Source of the DNA: an uncultured Methanosarcinaceae archaeon
GTDB lineage: Archaea; Halobacteriota; Methanosarcinia; Methanosarcinales; Methanosarcinaceae
DNA length: 64,000 nt
Assembly (NCBI GenBank): GCA_963733675.1
Contig: CAVTET010000005.1
Location: 32,001-96,000 of the forward strand
Reading direction: 5' to 3'
In this document: positions 22,717 through 32,917 of the stretch, one piece after another
How positions within the stretch are numbered: position 1 is the first letter of the stretch
Layout of the letters: every line of letters starts with the position of its first letter
The notes under the pieces: generated by a model
Told to the model about the DNA's origin: nothing
Databases searched by the model: none
What the model saw: only the letters and a program-made list of their open reading frames with translations
Made by a program: the position numbers and the translations under genes

Positions 22717-23148
22717 ATGCTTATTTTTGGACATATTGGCGTCACATTGGGAATATTTTTTGGAGTTTTATTTCTCATACCACAATTACAGACTATTATA
22801 GATCCAACGTATCTGGTCATCGGATCGCTTCTGCCAGACTTAATAGACAAACCTCTAGGAATAATTATATATTCGTCTACCATTGCAAACGGACGGACGA
22901 TAGCTCATACATTGCTCTTTTCTGTTACCCTCTTTCTGACAGGTTTATACTTATGCGATAAAAGAGGAGATACCAAAATCCTTACCCTTGCATCATGTTC
23001 TATATTTCATCTTATGGAGGACCAGATGTGGGCATCGCCTAGAACTTTATTTTGGCCTTTTCTAGGATGGCGTTTCTGCAAAAATCCGCATCATACTGGA
23101 CTAAAATACTTATTAATGCTTTTTAAAAGATCTTTTAGAAATTTATAA
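22717..23148 (+). CDS. Membrane metal-dependent hydrolase (YdjM/DUF457-like), possibly 3'-truncated
   Basis: FGH, GSLLPDLIDK, GRTIAHTL, HLMED, LFWPF. Confidence 0.75.
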   Translation: MLIFGHIGVTLGIFFGVLFLIPQLQTIIDPTYLVIGSLLPDLIDKPLGIIIYSSTIANGRTIAHTLLFSVTLFLTGLYLCDKRGDTKILTLASCSIFHLMEDQMWASPRTLFWPFLGWRFCKNPHHTGLKYLLMLFKRSFRNL

Positions 23149-23371
23149 AAAGACTATACCTCTCGTTTGCCATCAGACAATATATTTGAAGTACATATTT
23201 GAATACTATATATAGCGATTTTATAACATAATTCTTAGATGTATGAAAAAAAATAACGCTATTTGACGTTTTGTACCTTAACCGCATCAGCAGTGCACCG
23301 AAAGTTCTGTAAATTCGGAATTACTTCGTATCCTTTTTTTCACCACAAAAAATAGCATTTATCTTTTTTAC

Positions 23372-23399
23372 TAATGTATATGTTTTGACAAATACATTA
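23372..23399. promoter_or_regulatory. 11-6-11 inverted repeat upstream of the integrase (candidate recombination core site or operator)
   Basis: TAATGTATATG-TTTTGA-CAAATACATTA, arms 10/11 complementary. Confidence 0.45.
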
Positions 23400-23437
23400 A
23401 ATTAGCTGCATAGGTATTTGTTCGGTTGCGATCTCAA

Positions 23438-24722
23438 ATGAAAGTTAATGAGTTAGAGAATGACAAAACAATTAAGGATTGGCTTTCCGGAATCAAGGCA
23501 GCTGATGAAACAAGAAAAGGGTATCTGCAATCAATGCAGCAATTTACTGAGTTCACCCATAAAACTCAATTGCAGCTTATAGAAGAAGCTGAAACAGAGA
23601 TGCAGGCTGGACTCCTGATGCGTGAGAGAAATATAACCAGTTATCTCCGAGAGTTTAGAGAACAATTAGAGAGAAAAGATATCGCTCCACTGACTATTAA
23701 AGGTAGAATGACAGGAGTATGCTCGTTTTATAGATTGTATAATATTCAGTTGCCAGTACTCCCAAAAGGCACAACAAATGCGAGACCAGAATTAAAAAGA
23801 AAGAAAATACCAACTAAAGATGATATAAGAAAAATTCTTAATGTTTGTGATCCCCTTGAGCGTGCTCTTGTGCTAGTGGGTGTTAGTAGTGGATTAAGTG
23901 CTGTGGACTCTCTAATCTGAGAGTCAGTGATTTCGTAGATGGTTATGATCCCCAAACAGGCATAACAACGCTACACCTAGTCAGGAAAAAGAAAAATTAT
24001 GAGTTCTACACATTTTTATCTCCCGAAGCTTCAAAAGCAATTCAGGATTATCTTAACTGGCGAAATAGGGAGCCTAATTATAAAAGCGTAGTAAGAGAGA
24101 AACAACTTGAAAAACAACATGTCACTACTAAAGAAGGATATCTGTTTGTCACCAGAACTGTGCCTTCTGAATATCTAACAGCTAAGAAAACAAAGGATAA
24201 AGAAGATCTAAGAAAGCTAAGTAAAGGAACGATAATATCTATTTATCAGAGACTGAATGAAGAAGCTCAGACAAATTCAGAGAGTGGTGAATACAATATA
24301 AACAGATCACATAATATGAGGAGATTCTTTAATACCACGTTACTCAATGAACGTGCCAGTATATCTTACTAGGACATCAATTGGACGCGACACATGAAGC
24401 ATATTATAGAGCGTCCCCTAAGAAGTTGAAAAAAGAGTATGCAAAATATATCTCATATCTAACTATTGAAAAGTCAATAGATCCTACTGAGCACCCCGCT
24501 TTCATTCAAATGAAGGACGATAAAGATGCATACAAGCGAATTACTGACATTATGACCCAGGAGAGAAGAGACGAAAGATCAGAACTGCAAGAACTCAGGG
24601 CAGAAATTGAAAGAATAAAAAAAATTAATGAAGACACAGCCGAGTTCCAACAGAGGATTCTCAACTTTAAAGATCCAATGGTATTGGAGCAATTAAGAAA
24701 ATTATTGAATGAAAATCAGTAG
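23438..24722 (+). pseudogene. Tyrosine recombinase/integrase, at least two frameshifts
   Basis: SSGLSAVD box, FYTFLSPEA, SHNMRRFF (HxxR), LLGHQLDATHEAYY (His/Tyr box), C-terminal coiled coil. Confidence 0.85.
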
Positions 24723-24849
24723 TTTATAAAATTTATAGTATTATTTTCTTTTGTATGCAGATCTAGCAATAGATTTTTCTTTTGTTCCCCTTTTGTTACC
24801 AAAGTTGTTTTGAAAAATGTTTGTTAAGACTCCTTCTTTTATTTTATTG

Positions 24850-24893
24850 TAGCTGAATTTTCAGTTATTAGTATAGCTGAATTTTTCAGCTTA
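24850..24893. promoter_or_regulatory. Tandem palindromic operator-like sites
   Basis: TAGCTGAATTTTCAGTTA and TAGCTGAATTTTTCAGCTTA directly upstream of the AGGAG RBS of ORF 24913. Confidence 0.5.
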
Positions 24894-24912
24894 AATTTAG
24901 GAGAAATTTTCA

Positions 24913-25215
24913 ATGTACAAAGATATAAGTTTTAAAATAAATTTCAATATAAGTGGAATAGCTGATGCTCTCAAAAGCTTGGTATCAGTCGGCGAACAGG
25001 TCATGAGGTCTATTAAAAATGGGTTCTTCAACGCAATGCACAAGCACGATTTTATAGAGATTCCTTATGCTAACAGGGTGGCAGTCAAGATTGAAGAAGG
25101 AGACGCCATTTTCTGGTGGATTTTGAGTCGCTATCGGGGTAAATATCGTAGGATCGACATAGTTAGGAATATTAGTCTCAATACTGCTCCATCTGCTTGC
25201 AGGAGCGTGGTTTGA
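24913..25215 (+). CDS. Hypothetical mobile-element protein
   Basis: RBS; stop overlaps the next start (TGATG). Confidence 0.6.
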   Translation: MYKDISFKINFNISGIADALKSLVSVGEQVMRSIKNGFFNAMHKHDFIEIPYANRVAVKIEEGDAIFWWILSRYRGKYRRIDIVRNISLNTAPSACRSVV

Positions 25216-25394
25216 TGCAGGCAAAAACTACTTTTAAACCTGAGACGGTTGCTGAAGTCAGCAAAATTTACAATGACTTCAAAGACAGCATCGAATTCAA
25301 AGCTCGTTTTGGGAATCAGGTTGAGCGAGCCTTTGTTCTCACGATTTTTGCAATCGCTGAGGTAAAGCTGGAAGGTGGAACCTATGAGATTTGA
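25215..25394 (+). CDS. Small hypothetical mobile-element protein
   Basis: Translationally coupled start MQAKTTFKPE; overlaps the next ORF. Confidence 0.55.
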   Translation: MQAKTTFKPETVAEVSKIYNDFKDSIEFKARFGNQVERAFVLTIFAIAEVKLEGGTYEI

Positions 25395-25963
25395 TGAGAC
25401 TAAGAGCTTTGACTTCAGATCCTTGTGCCAACCGACCACTTTTGAGCAAGATTCGGTCACAAAGAAATTAATCACGACTATTTTTCTCAAAAAACCGAGG
25501 TCTGGTCTTGATTTTATTAGGATAAGAGAGGAGCCAGATTGGACAGTTGTAATCTACCTTATGGACATGGGAAGAGAGGAGGAAAAAATATGCCGTCGCC
25601 CCAGACATCATACCTGAAGTCATGGATACTGGGAGACTGAAGCGGGTCAGACTTTATACCGGAATCACATTTAATGGCGACGATCTCTTTCTATCTGACA
25701 TTCCCTTCCCAGATTCCGATGGGAAAGAAAATGAATACAATAGAACCCGTGCCATAGCCTATGAAATGGCAAAGCACAAATGGGTTAAGCTTCAGGTCAA
25801 CAGGGCGCTTGAGGCGTACGAAATCGTTGAAACGAAGAGCAATCTCCCTGAGCCGATCTGGCCTGAGGAGCTATCAGATATCATAAAAGCCTTAGAGATC
25901 TGCTTTAAAGACAAACTGATAGACTCCGTTGACCATCCTGTGCTGAAGAAGGTTGAGGGGTGA
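25384..25963 (+). pseudogene. Unknown protein immediately upstream of PolA, frameshift in an A-run near 25585
   Basis: Joining frames gives ~190 aa: TTIFLKKP..DFIRIR...EEKYAVAPDII...LYTGI...FLSDIPFPDSDG..N...KWVKL..N..LEAYE...PEPIWPE...CFKDKLIDSVDHPVLKK. Confidence 0.7.
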
Positions 25964-25969
25964 AATTTG

Positions 25970-27695
25970 ATGTTGCCTCAGTTTAATCGAATTCACGTTA
26001 TTGACTTCGAGTTTGTGGCTGATCCAGGAGAAAAGCTTAAACCTGTGTGCCTCGTTGCACACGAATTTAAATCAGGAAAAACGTACAAAATATGGCTAGA
26101 AGGGCAAGCACCTTCTTTTAAACCTTTTTTTCCTTTTAGGGAGGAAGATCTTTTTGTGTCATACTATAGTTCTGCTGAATGGGGATGTTATCTAGCACTA
26201 AATTGGCTTTTACCTGTTAATGTGGTAGACTTATTCGCAGAATTCCGGGTTTTAACTAATGGCTTGCCAGGGATCTCCAATAGCCTACTTGGAGCTTGTC
26301 AGAGATTTGGTATCAATACTATTTCTGCATCTGAAAAGGAAAATGCGAGACTTCGGATCTTACAGGGTTCCCCATTTACCGAGGAAGAGAAAACGGAGAT
26401 TCTAGATTACTGCGAGAGTGATGTTCTAGAAACCGCAAAGCTGTTTCGTAGAATGCTTCCTTATATTGATATCCCGAGAGCTTTGATTCGAGGTAGATAT
26501 ATGGAGACCATAGCCACGATGGAACATATTGGAATCCCTATTGATGTAGAAATTTTAAAACTTCTAAAAGAAAACTGGGATCAAATCCAAGAGAGATTAA
26601 TCTCAGAAATCGATAAAGATTACGGAGTTTATGAAGGGACTTCATTTAAGGTTGCTAAATTTGAGGAATATCTTGTTAATAACAACATTGTTTGGCCTAG
26701 GACTGAGAGAGGAAATCTGGAACTTAAAGATGACACATTCAAAGAGATGTTGCATTAGGTACCCCAGGCTTCAGAGGCTACGAGATCTTAGGTACATTTT
26801 AGGGCAGCTCAGATTCTCGAATCTTCTAGTGGGAGCTGACAGTAGAAATAGGTGTCTACTTTCACCTTTTGGTTCTAAAACTGGTAGGAATCAACCGAGC
26901 ACAAGTAAATTCATATTTGGGCCTGCAGTCTGGCTTCGAAGTCTGATTAAACCAGAAAAAGGGAAGGTGTTAGCTTATATAGATTTTGAACAGCAAGAAT
27001 TTGCAATTGCTGCAGCACTCTCAAAGGATAAAGGGATGAAGGCTGCATATGCAACTGGTGATCCTTACTTAGCTTTTGGCAAGCAGGCAGGAGCAATTCC
27101 ACAGGACTCGATTAAAGAAACTCATAAGGCTGAGAGAGACTGTTTCAAACAATGCGTGCTGGGCGTGCAATATGGCATGGGTGCGGACAGCTTGGCTATG
27201 AGAATAGGGAAGTCAAGGCCGTATGCTGAAGAATTCCTTCATCATCACAAACGAGTTTACAGCAAATATTGGAGCTGGAGTGAACATGTGCTTAATACAA
27301 CTCTTTTCAATAGAAGAATCACGACTTGCTACGGCTGGCAATTGAACGTTATTGGATCTGAAAGGAAGGAAGCTAGGACAATCAAGAACTTCCCCTGCCA
27401 AGCTACAAGCGCAGAAATCCTACGAGTGGCTTGTATTCTTTTAGTGAAAAATGGGATAAAAATCATAGCTTCTGTGCACGATGCTATCCTAATCGAGTGT
27501 GAGGAAGAAGGTGCAGATGAAACTATTAAAAGAGCCCAAGAACTGATGACTCTAGCGTCTACTGAAGTATCGGGCCCTGATAATCCCATCCGAACAGAAG
27601 TGGAAATAATCCGATACCCCAATAGATACATGGACAAGAGAGGGTTAGAAACCTGGAACATTATAATGAATATTTTGAAAGAGTTGAAAGATTAA
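25970..27695 (+). pseudogene. Family A DNA polymerase (3'-5' exonuclease + polymerase, no 5' nuclease), single frameshift near 26750
   Basis: ExoI VIDFEF, ExoIII YCESDV; KTGRNQP; motif A YIDFEQQEF; motif B ERDCFKQCVLGVQYGMG; NFPCQ; motif C SVHDAILIE. Confidence 0.9.
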
Positions 27696-27726
27696 ACTAT
27701 GGGCATATTTGTCAAGTCTTGGTGCA

Positions 27727-27880
27727 AACAGTGGCAAATCTGGCACCTAACTGGTGACAAATTAGACACCTAACTGATGACAGATTTGCCACCACCTACG
27801 GAGTAGGCATTCTTGACATCAGTTTCAATGAAAAACGGGATCTACAGGCTTCTCATCCTAAAAAAACAAACTGGTGACAA
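27727..27880. repeat. Iteron-like cluster: three ~23-bp direct repeats with palindromic cores plus a partial fourth
   Basis: AACA-GTGGCAAATCTGGCACCT / AACTGGTGACAAATTAGACACCT / AACTGATGACAGATTTGCCACCA; AACTGGTGACAA at 27869. Confidence 0.7.
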
Positions 27881-27925
27881 GAAAGCCTACACCGTACAAT
27901 AGATTGTATTTATTGGAGTATACTT

Positions 27926-28261
27926 ATGTATGTATTAGAAAGCAAGGGTAAGAATAAGAGCAGGAATATACCTAAAGAAAAATTAGATAGTATATTTATC
28001 CCTCCTATGCCTTGGAGCTGGATACAGAAACTTCAGGCTCCTAAAGGGGGAGCCACTTTCAGGGTAGCCCATTATATTTGGTTCCAGAAAGGCGTGAAAG
28101 GGACCAAAGAAAGTCTTGTTATCTCAAGTAGTGGACTAAACAATTTTTACAAAATGGATAAGCGTACTTTCATTAGGGCTCTCCACGAATTAGAAAGCTT
28201 AGGGATGATTACTGTTGAAAGGCAGGCAGGGAAGAGCCCAAAAGTTACAATAAAAATTTAA
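27926..28261 (+). CDS. Winged-helix DNA-binding protein (replication-initiator-like)
   Basis: C-terminal wHTH pattern MDKRTFIRALHELESLGMITVERQAGKSPKVTI; follows the repeat cluster. Confidence 0.7.
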   Translation: MYVLESKGKNKSRNIPKEKLDSIFIPPMPWSWIQKLQAPKGGATFRVAHYIWFQKGVKGTKESLVISSSGLNNFYKMDKRTFIRALHELESLGMITVERQAGKSPKVTIKI

Positions 28262-28381
28262 AGGTCTTGCTTTTTATTAAGACCATCGAGTCCTTTTTAG
28301 TGTCTTTCCTTTCGATGTTTAGTAATGTTAAGTAAGAATAAAAAATGTGCGATGTATTATTAATTATTTTAATAAGAAAAT

Positions 28382-29069
28382 AAAATTGCTATTTAACACT
28401 TTCAAGAACTCACCTAGAGTTTACGAAAATGAATAGATTATGATAGATTCTCAGAAAATCTAGAACCCAAAAGCAATATCAATACAACCTTTTACTCGTA
28501 TATTGACACATAAAGATGTGATATGATTACTTATATTCTCAATTTCTAAATGAGATTTCATTTACTTTTTTATTACTTGAACTATCTTGCTAATCCTATT
28601 CTAGATTTTGTTTACAGAGTACCATAACCTGACTTATTCTCAGCCCCTTCATTGAGTTTTTGATATTAGGTATAAACTTATCTAATTCAAGAAAATGCCT
28701 AGAATAGCCCCACGTTCGTTCCTGTATAACAAGTCATAGGTGAAAGTTTTAAAAGCTATAAGCAGTCAATAGCTCAAAATACCCATTCCATTTGTGAGTT
28801 CATAACTCGGTTTCATAGATAAACAAACTAAAAAAAATATTAAGCATAACACTCAATTATATTTATTAAAAAAAGTAAAAACGAGATCAAAATGACAAGA
28901 TCTTCAAAATTGACTAAAGAGTTACAACAGCAAATCGGTGAGAATGTTGCATTGGGACTTACTTATGCTTTAGCAGCAGCATCCGCAGGAATAACGTATC
29001 AAACATTTAATGACTGGATGAATAAAGGAAAAAATTCAAAATCTGGGGAGTATTTTGAGTTCTATAAAC
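28382..29069 (+). repeat. 688-bp inverted repeat, left arm (partner 35487-36174)
   Basis: Reverse complement of 35487-36174; both arms 688 bp; no mismatch seen by eye. Confidence 0.92.
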
Positions 29070-29077
29070 TAACATAA
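28892..29077 (+). pseudogene. Truncated copy of the HTH/terminase-small-subunit-like gene
   Basis: First 59 aa identical to 35230-35664, then cut by the ~245-bp repeat. Confidence 0.8.
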
Positions 29078-29312
29078 TTATCTATATTGTTTACAACGTT
29101 TGTTTATTATTACTTGAAAATCAAATAATATTTATTTAGTAAAATATAATAGTTATATATTTATCTGTGACTTTGCAAGACAGCAAGTGGAATATACCCA
29201 TTCAATATATCTTTGAGTTGTGAATGTCTGCTTGACTGCATGATTGGTTGCGGTCTGGATGTATTCTGATAACAAATTCAAAGGATTGATTTCACTTTTG
29301 TCTCCACGTGAG
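29069..29312 (-). repeat. ~245-bp dispersed repeat (probable IS end), homologous to 7745-7991
   Basis: Colinear reverse-complement similarity to 7745-7991. Confidence 0.7.
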
Positions 29313-29560
29313 CTAACACTAAAATAAATCTTCGCTTTTTCCTAATATAAGCCATGCTTGATTAAAGTTTCACCATTCTTCAACTAGTCCATGCATTTGA
29401 AAGAGATTTATCTTGCTTCAAAAGGGCATAAACTTAGATTAGATTCTATCCGAGAAGTCATTTAATGGTGTGTTGTAAGTATCAGAGGAATAGAAATCTC
29501 TAGATAAATATATGAGCTCATTAGGAGCCCACAGTGGGATTTAAATCAAATCGTAATAGG

Positions 29561-29884
29561 TTAGATATAGTCTACTGCCAGTTTCTTACTGGCCACCAAA
29601 TCATCTAAACAAAATCCCAGTGAAGCAAAATTCTGGACCAATTCGTTATAGGTTTCTTCAAAAGCTATAAAGACGCCTGGCTCATCGTAGTTTTGGGCTC
29701 CATTGACCAGGAACTCCATGGCCATAAGTGTCTTTCCTGAACCTGCACTTCCGTATACAAGTGTAGTACGACCCTTTGGCAATCCACCATCAGTTAGTTC
29801 ATCAAGACCAGTTATGCCAATTGGAGATTTTTCAAGATGCGCTTCTGTTAAAGTTGGGCTCTCTTCTTCAATCATCAAATGCAC
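29561..29884 (-). pseudogene. kaiC: KaiC-family ATPase, N-terminal fragment
   Basis: LEKSPIGITGLDELTDGGLPKGRTTLVYGSAGSGKT...EPGVFIAFEET; ends after ~105 aa. Confidence 0.8.
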
Positions 29885-30133
29885 CTTTTAATATTAATTT
29901 TGAAATTATTATATTACCCTACTATTAAAAGTCAGACCTTCTTTATTATAAATTAGCCTATCAATTGAATTTATTTAGCCTGCATTTGATATTTTAAGTC
30001 TTTTATGACAATATATTCAAAAGTTTAGATATTCACTAATTTACAGAAGCATAGAGTATTTGGCAGTTTAGTAAATGCAAAAAATAGTAAGAAACAGATA
30101 AGCAAGATTTAATAAATCCTAATGTTATCGATT

Positions 30134-30589
30134 TTAAATTGAAGCAGTTGATGGCTCTTTTTGTTTACCAACCAGAGAAAACTTATCCATGATTTCTTTC
30201 CGTATTATATCGAAGTCCTTGACGATTATCTCAACCGTCTCATTCGTGTTCTCTGAAACTGTATTAATTTTTCTATAGACCCGCCGTCCAAACTCGTCAG
30301 GAAATCATCTTTCCAAAATCCACATGCAAACTTGACAGTTTCCAGCTTTTGCTGCTGCGTTTAAACTCTCAAGAAGTTTCTTAGCCCCTTCAGCATTGCA
30401 TTTTTGAATATATTGAGCAAACAAAAAATACTTCCCAGATTTCTCTGTCTGCCCCCTTTTCAGCCATGAGTTTAAACTTTGGTAGATTACACCCGCAGCT
30501 TCGGCAGCTAGAGCATAAGTCAACCCAAGAGATACACCACCACCGATTTCCTGTTGCATTTGAAGCGTGAGTTTCGAAGGACGTGGCAT
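30134..30589 (-). pseudogene. HTH/terminase-small-subunit-like gene, in-frame TGA at 30305-30307
   Basis: MPRPSKLT...LGLTYALAAEAAG...CQVCMWILER*FPDEFGRRVY...; paralog of 35230-35664. Confidence 0.75.
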
Positions 30590-31131
30590 GATAACACCGT
30601 TTTTTATTTTACATAATTGATATTAGTAAGTATTGTATTTAATGTTTTTTAGTTCCTTTATGCACTAAAGCGGGGTTTATACCGCCATATCAAAAATAAG
30701 CCATTATCAGCCGTTTTAAGACGTTTTTTAACTAAGGTAAGATATCTAGGACTCATTATAAAAGTCTCACTAGTAGTCCCAAATTAAGTCATTTTTTCAA
30801 CAAAATAAATTCCCCCTGATTTTACTGCCATAGCACGGTAAGTACCTTCGGGATATTTTTCATATAGTTTTATTATTTTAAAATAATATAAATTATGTTG
30901 CAATATTAGGTGCTTAGATTTTAAGATTGGATTTCACATAAATTTCATATTCTTTAGTTTAAGGTCGAAAAATAAGGACATTCTTTAAAAAAATTTAAGC
31001 TATTTACTTACCACATATTTATGAGAAGTATCTAACAAAAACTACCGATTGTGGGGCTATTTAAGGCATTTTTTTGAGTCGGATGGGGTTATAAAAATCA
31101 GTTAAAAAACTTAATATAAGGGTTGAGAGAA

Positions 31132-31191
31132 AGTCCAATTACTGGCAAGCTTTCTGATACTAGTCCAATTACTGGCGAGCTTTCTGATACT
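31132..31191. repeat. 2 x 30-bp tandem duplication
   Basis: AGTCCAATTACTGGC(A/G)AGCTTTCTGATACT twice. Confidence 0.85.
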
Positions 31192-31582
31192 TTCTGATAT
31201 TTAGACTGATATTATTCATTTTTATGTTCCGGTTGATCATGTCAATTAATCAGAATCTATAACATCTTTCGCCGTCCTTAGGCTCTGCGAAGAATACTAG
31301 ACAGATAATCCCTTACTCTTCTTTATCTTGAATTTGGTTTGTAGGCCTTATTATCCGGGGTAAGCCACGGACAAATAAACCTACGCATAACTGATAGATT
31401 TTGGCTTGCACATCGAGAATGCAGGATAGCCGACCTATCAGTCAGTGGATATTATTTTTCTCGAAGTTATACCACTCACTTTTGCGTTTGTTTTATACTT
31501 GGTCAGCCACCTTTCACAGACGGTAGTTGCATGATCTTTACATCCAGATATTCATTCAAAACCGTCATATGACATTTCAATC

Positions 31583-31965
31583 TCACTGTCGGGCCATGAC
31601 AATACGCATCTCAGTTTCCTTGTCTTCTATCAGCTGGCCGCTCACGTCCACTATCACGCTATGGATCTTGCCTGTGAACTCGGGGACGGTAGTCTGGTGT
31701 GACTGGTGATCTATGAGCTGAGCCACAGGTTACTCCACCAGTTAACCCTAACACAAGTGGAATAGTTACAGGTACATCAATTTGGCCGACTAACTTCCCA
31801 TCTATAAAGAGCTTAGCAATTCCAGGTGAACCCTTACCATTAGCAAAATCTGGCTTACCAGTCACCTCGAACTCGAACCCGAGTCGATGTCTCCCTTCGG
31901 GAACATTCTCATTGGACTCTACATGATACAAGGCTCTAGATACGTAATTGTGCACCCAGTGAAGT
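31583..31965 (-). pseudogene. Arylsulfatase C-terminal fragment
   Basis: HNYV...VPEGRHRLGFEFE.TG.PD...GKGSPG..KLFIDG...GLTGGVTCG...FTGKIHSV.VDVSG.LIED...MARQ. Confidence 0.65.
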
Positions 31966-32670
31966 TTCCCATTTTACCGAATTTTTCAGAAAGCACCTGA
32001 ACTTTGAAGTTAGCAAGTTCTTCTACCTTGCTTATTCCCATCTTTTTTAGTGCTTCAGTTGTTTTTTTACCAATGTAAGGTACTACAGATACCGGTAGTG
32101 GGAAAAGGAAGTTTCTGACATTTTCAGGTCTAACAACTGTTAACCCATCGGGTTTCTGAAACCCAGATGCTATTTTGGCTACCAATTTATTTGGACCAAT
32201 ACCAACTGAACATGTAATTTTTTCTTGCTGCTTAATTCCATCCTTAATCGTGCGTGCACAGAGAACAGCATCTTCAAAATTACTGATATTAAATGGTACA
32301 AGATAGGCTTCATCTATGCTAACTTACTCAAATTTTTCAGAAAATTCTCGCAGAATCGACATCACATTGAATGATGCTGTTTTATACAACTCCATATTCA
32401 CAGGCAAAAAAAGTGCAACCGGGACACAATTTATGGGCCCTACTTACCAGCATTGCGGAATGTACTACAGATTCCCTTGCTTCGTATGAACATGTGCTTA
32501 CAACGCCGCTCCTAAGTGTTGGATCAAATCCAATAACAGCACACAGAGCCTTCCCTCTTAAATTAGGGTGCTCTTTTACTTCCACTGATGCAAAAAAGCT
32601 ATCCATGTCAACATGCAAGACTATCCGCCTTTCATGGTTATCTGTTTCAGAATTTGAGGCAGCATCATTG
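31960..32670 (-). pseudogene. dinB: DNA polymerase IV (DinB) paralog, fragmented and 3'-truncated
   Basis: HVDMDSFFASVE, GVVSTCSYEAR, SIDEAY, TCSVGIGPNKLVAKIAS, KPDGLTVV; stops and frameshifts. Confidence 0.85.
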
Positions 32671-32917
32671 TAAGATGGTTCAAATAACTGATAAAATGTT
32701 GCGAAAAATCTAGTGACCTTATATATAAGATTGTAGGAGAGCTAGTTGAAATACAGAACTTTGTTAGGCTTAAATTAGCTTTTTCGACTACATTAGAAGC
32801 TCACTATATTAAGGACCAAAGGAAAATGATGTTTATTATGAGTATAATTTGACTCTAAAGATGAGGCTATAAAAAGGCGTTATTTCATAACCCACCATCA
32901 TTTTTCTTAATATGTAC

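Noticed and set aside
26740-26765. TAG ending the first PolA ORF as Pyl or programmed frameshift
   Set aside because: The downstream half is in a different frame and there is no slippery run; a single-base insertion explains it.
27727-27794. Mini-CRISPR array
   Set aside because: The repeats are contiguous with no unique spacers and there are no cas genes; the same applies to 31132-31191 and the 61.2-kb repeats.
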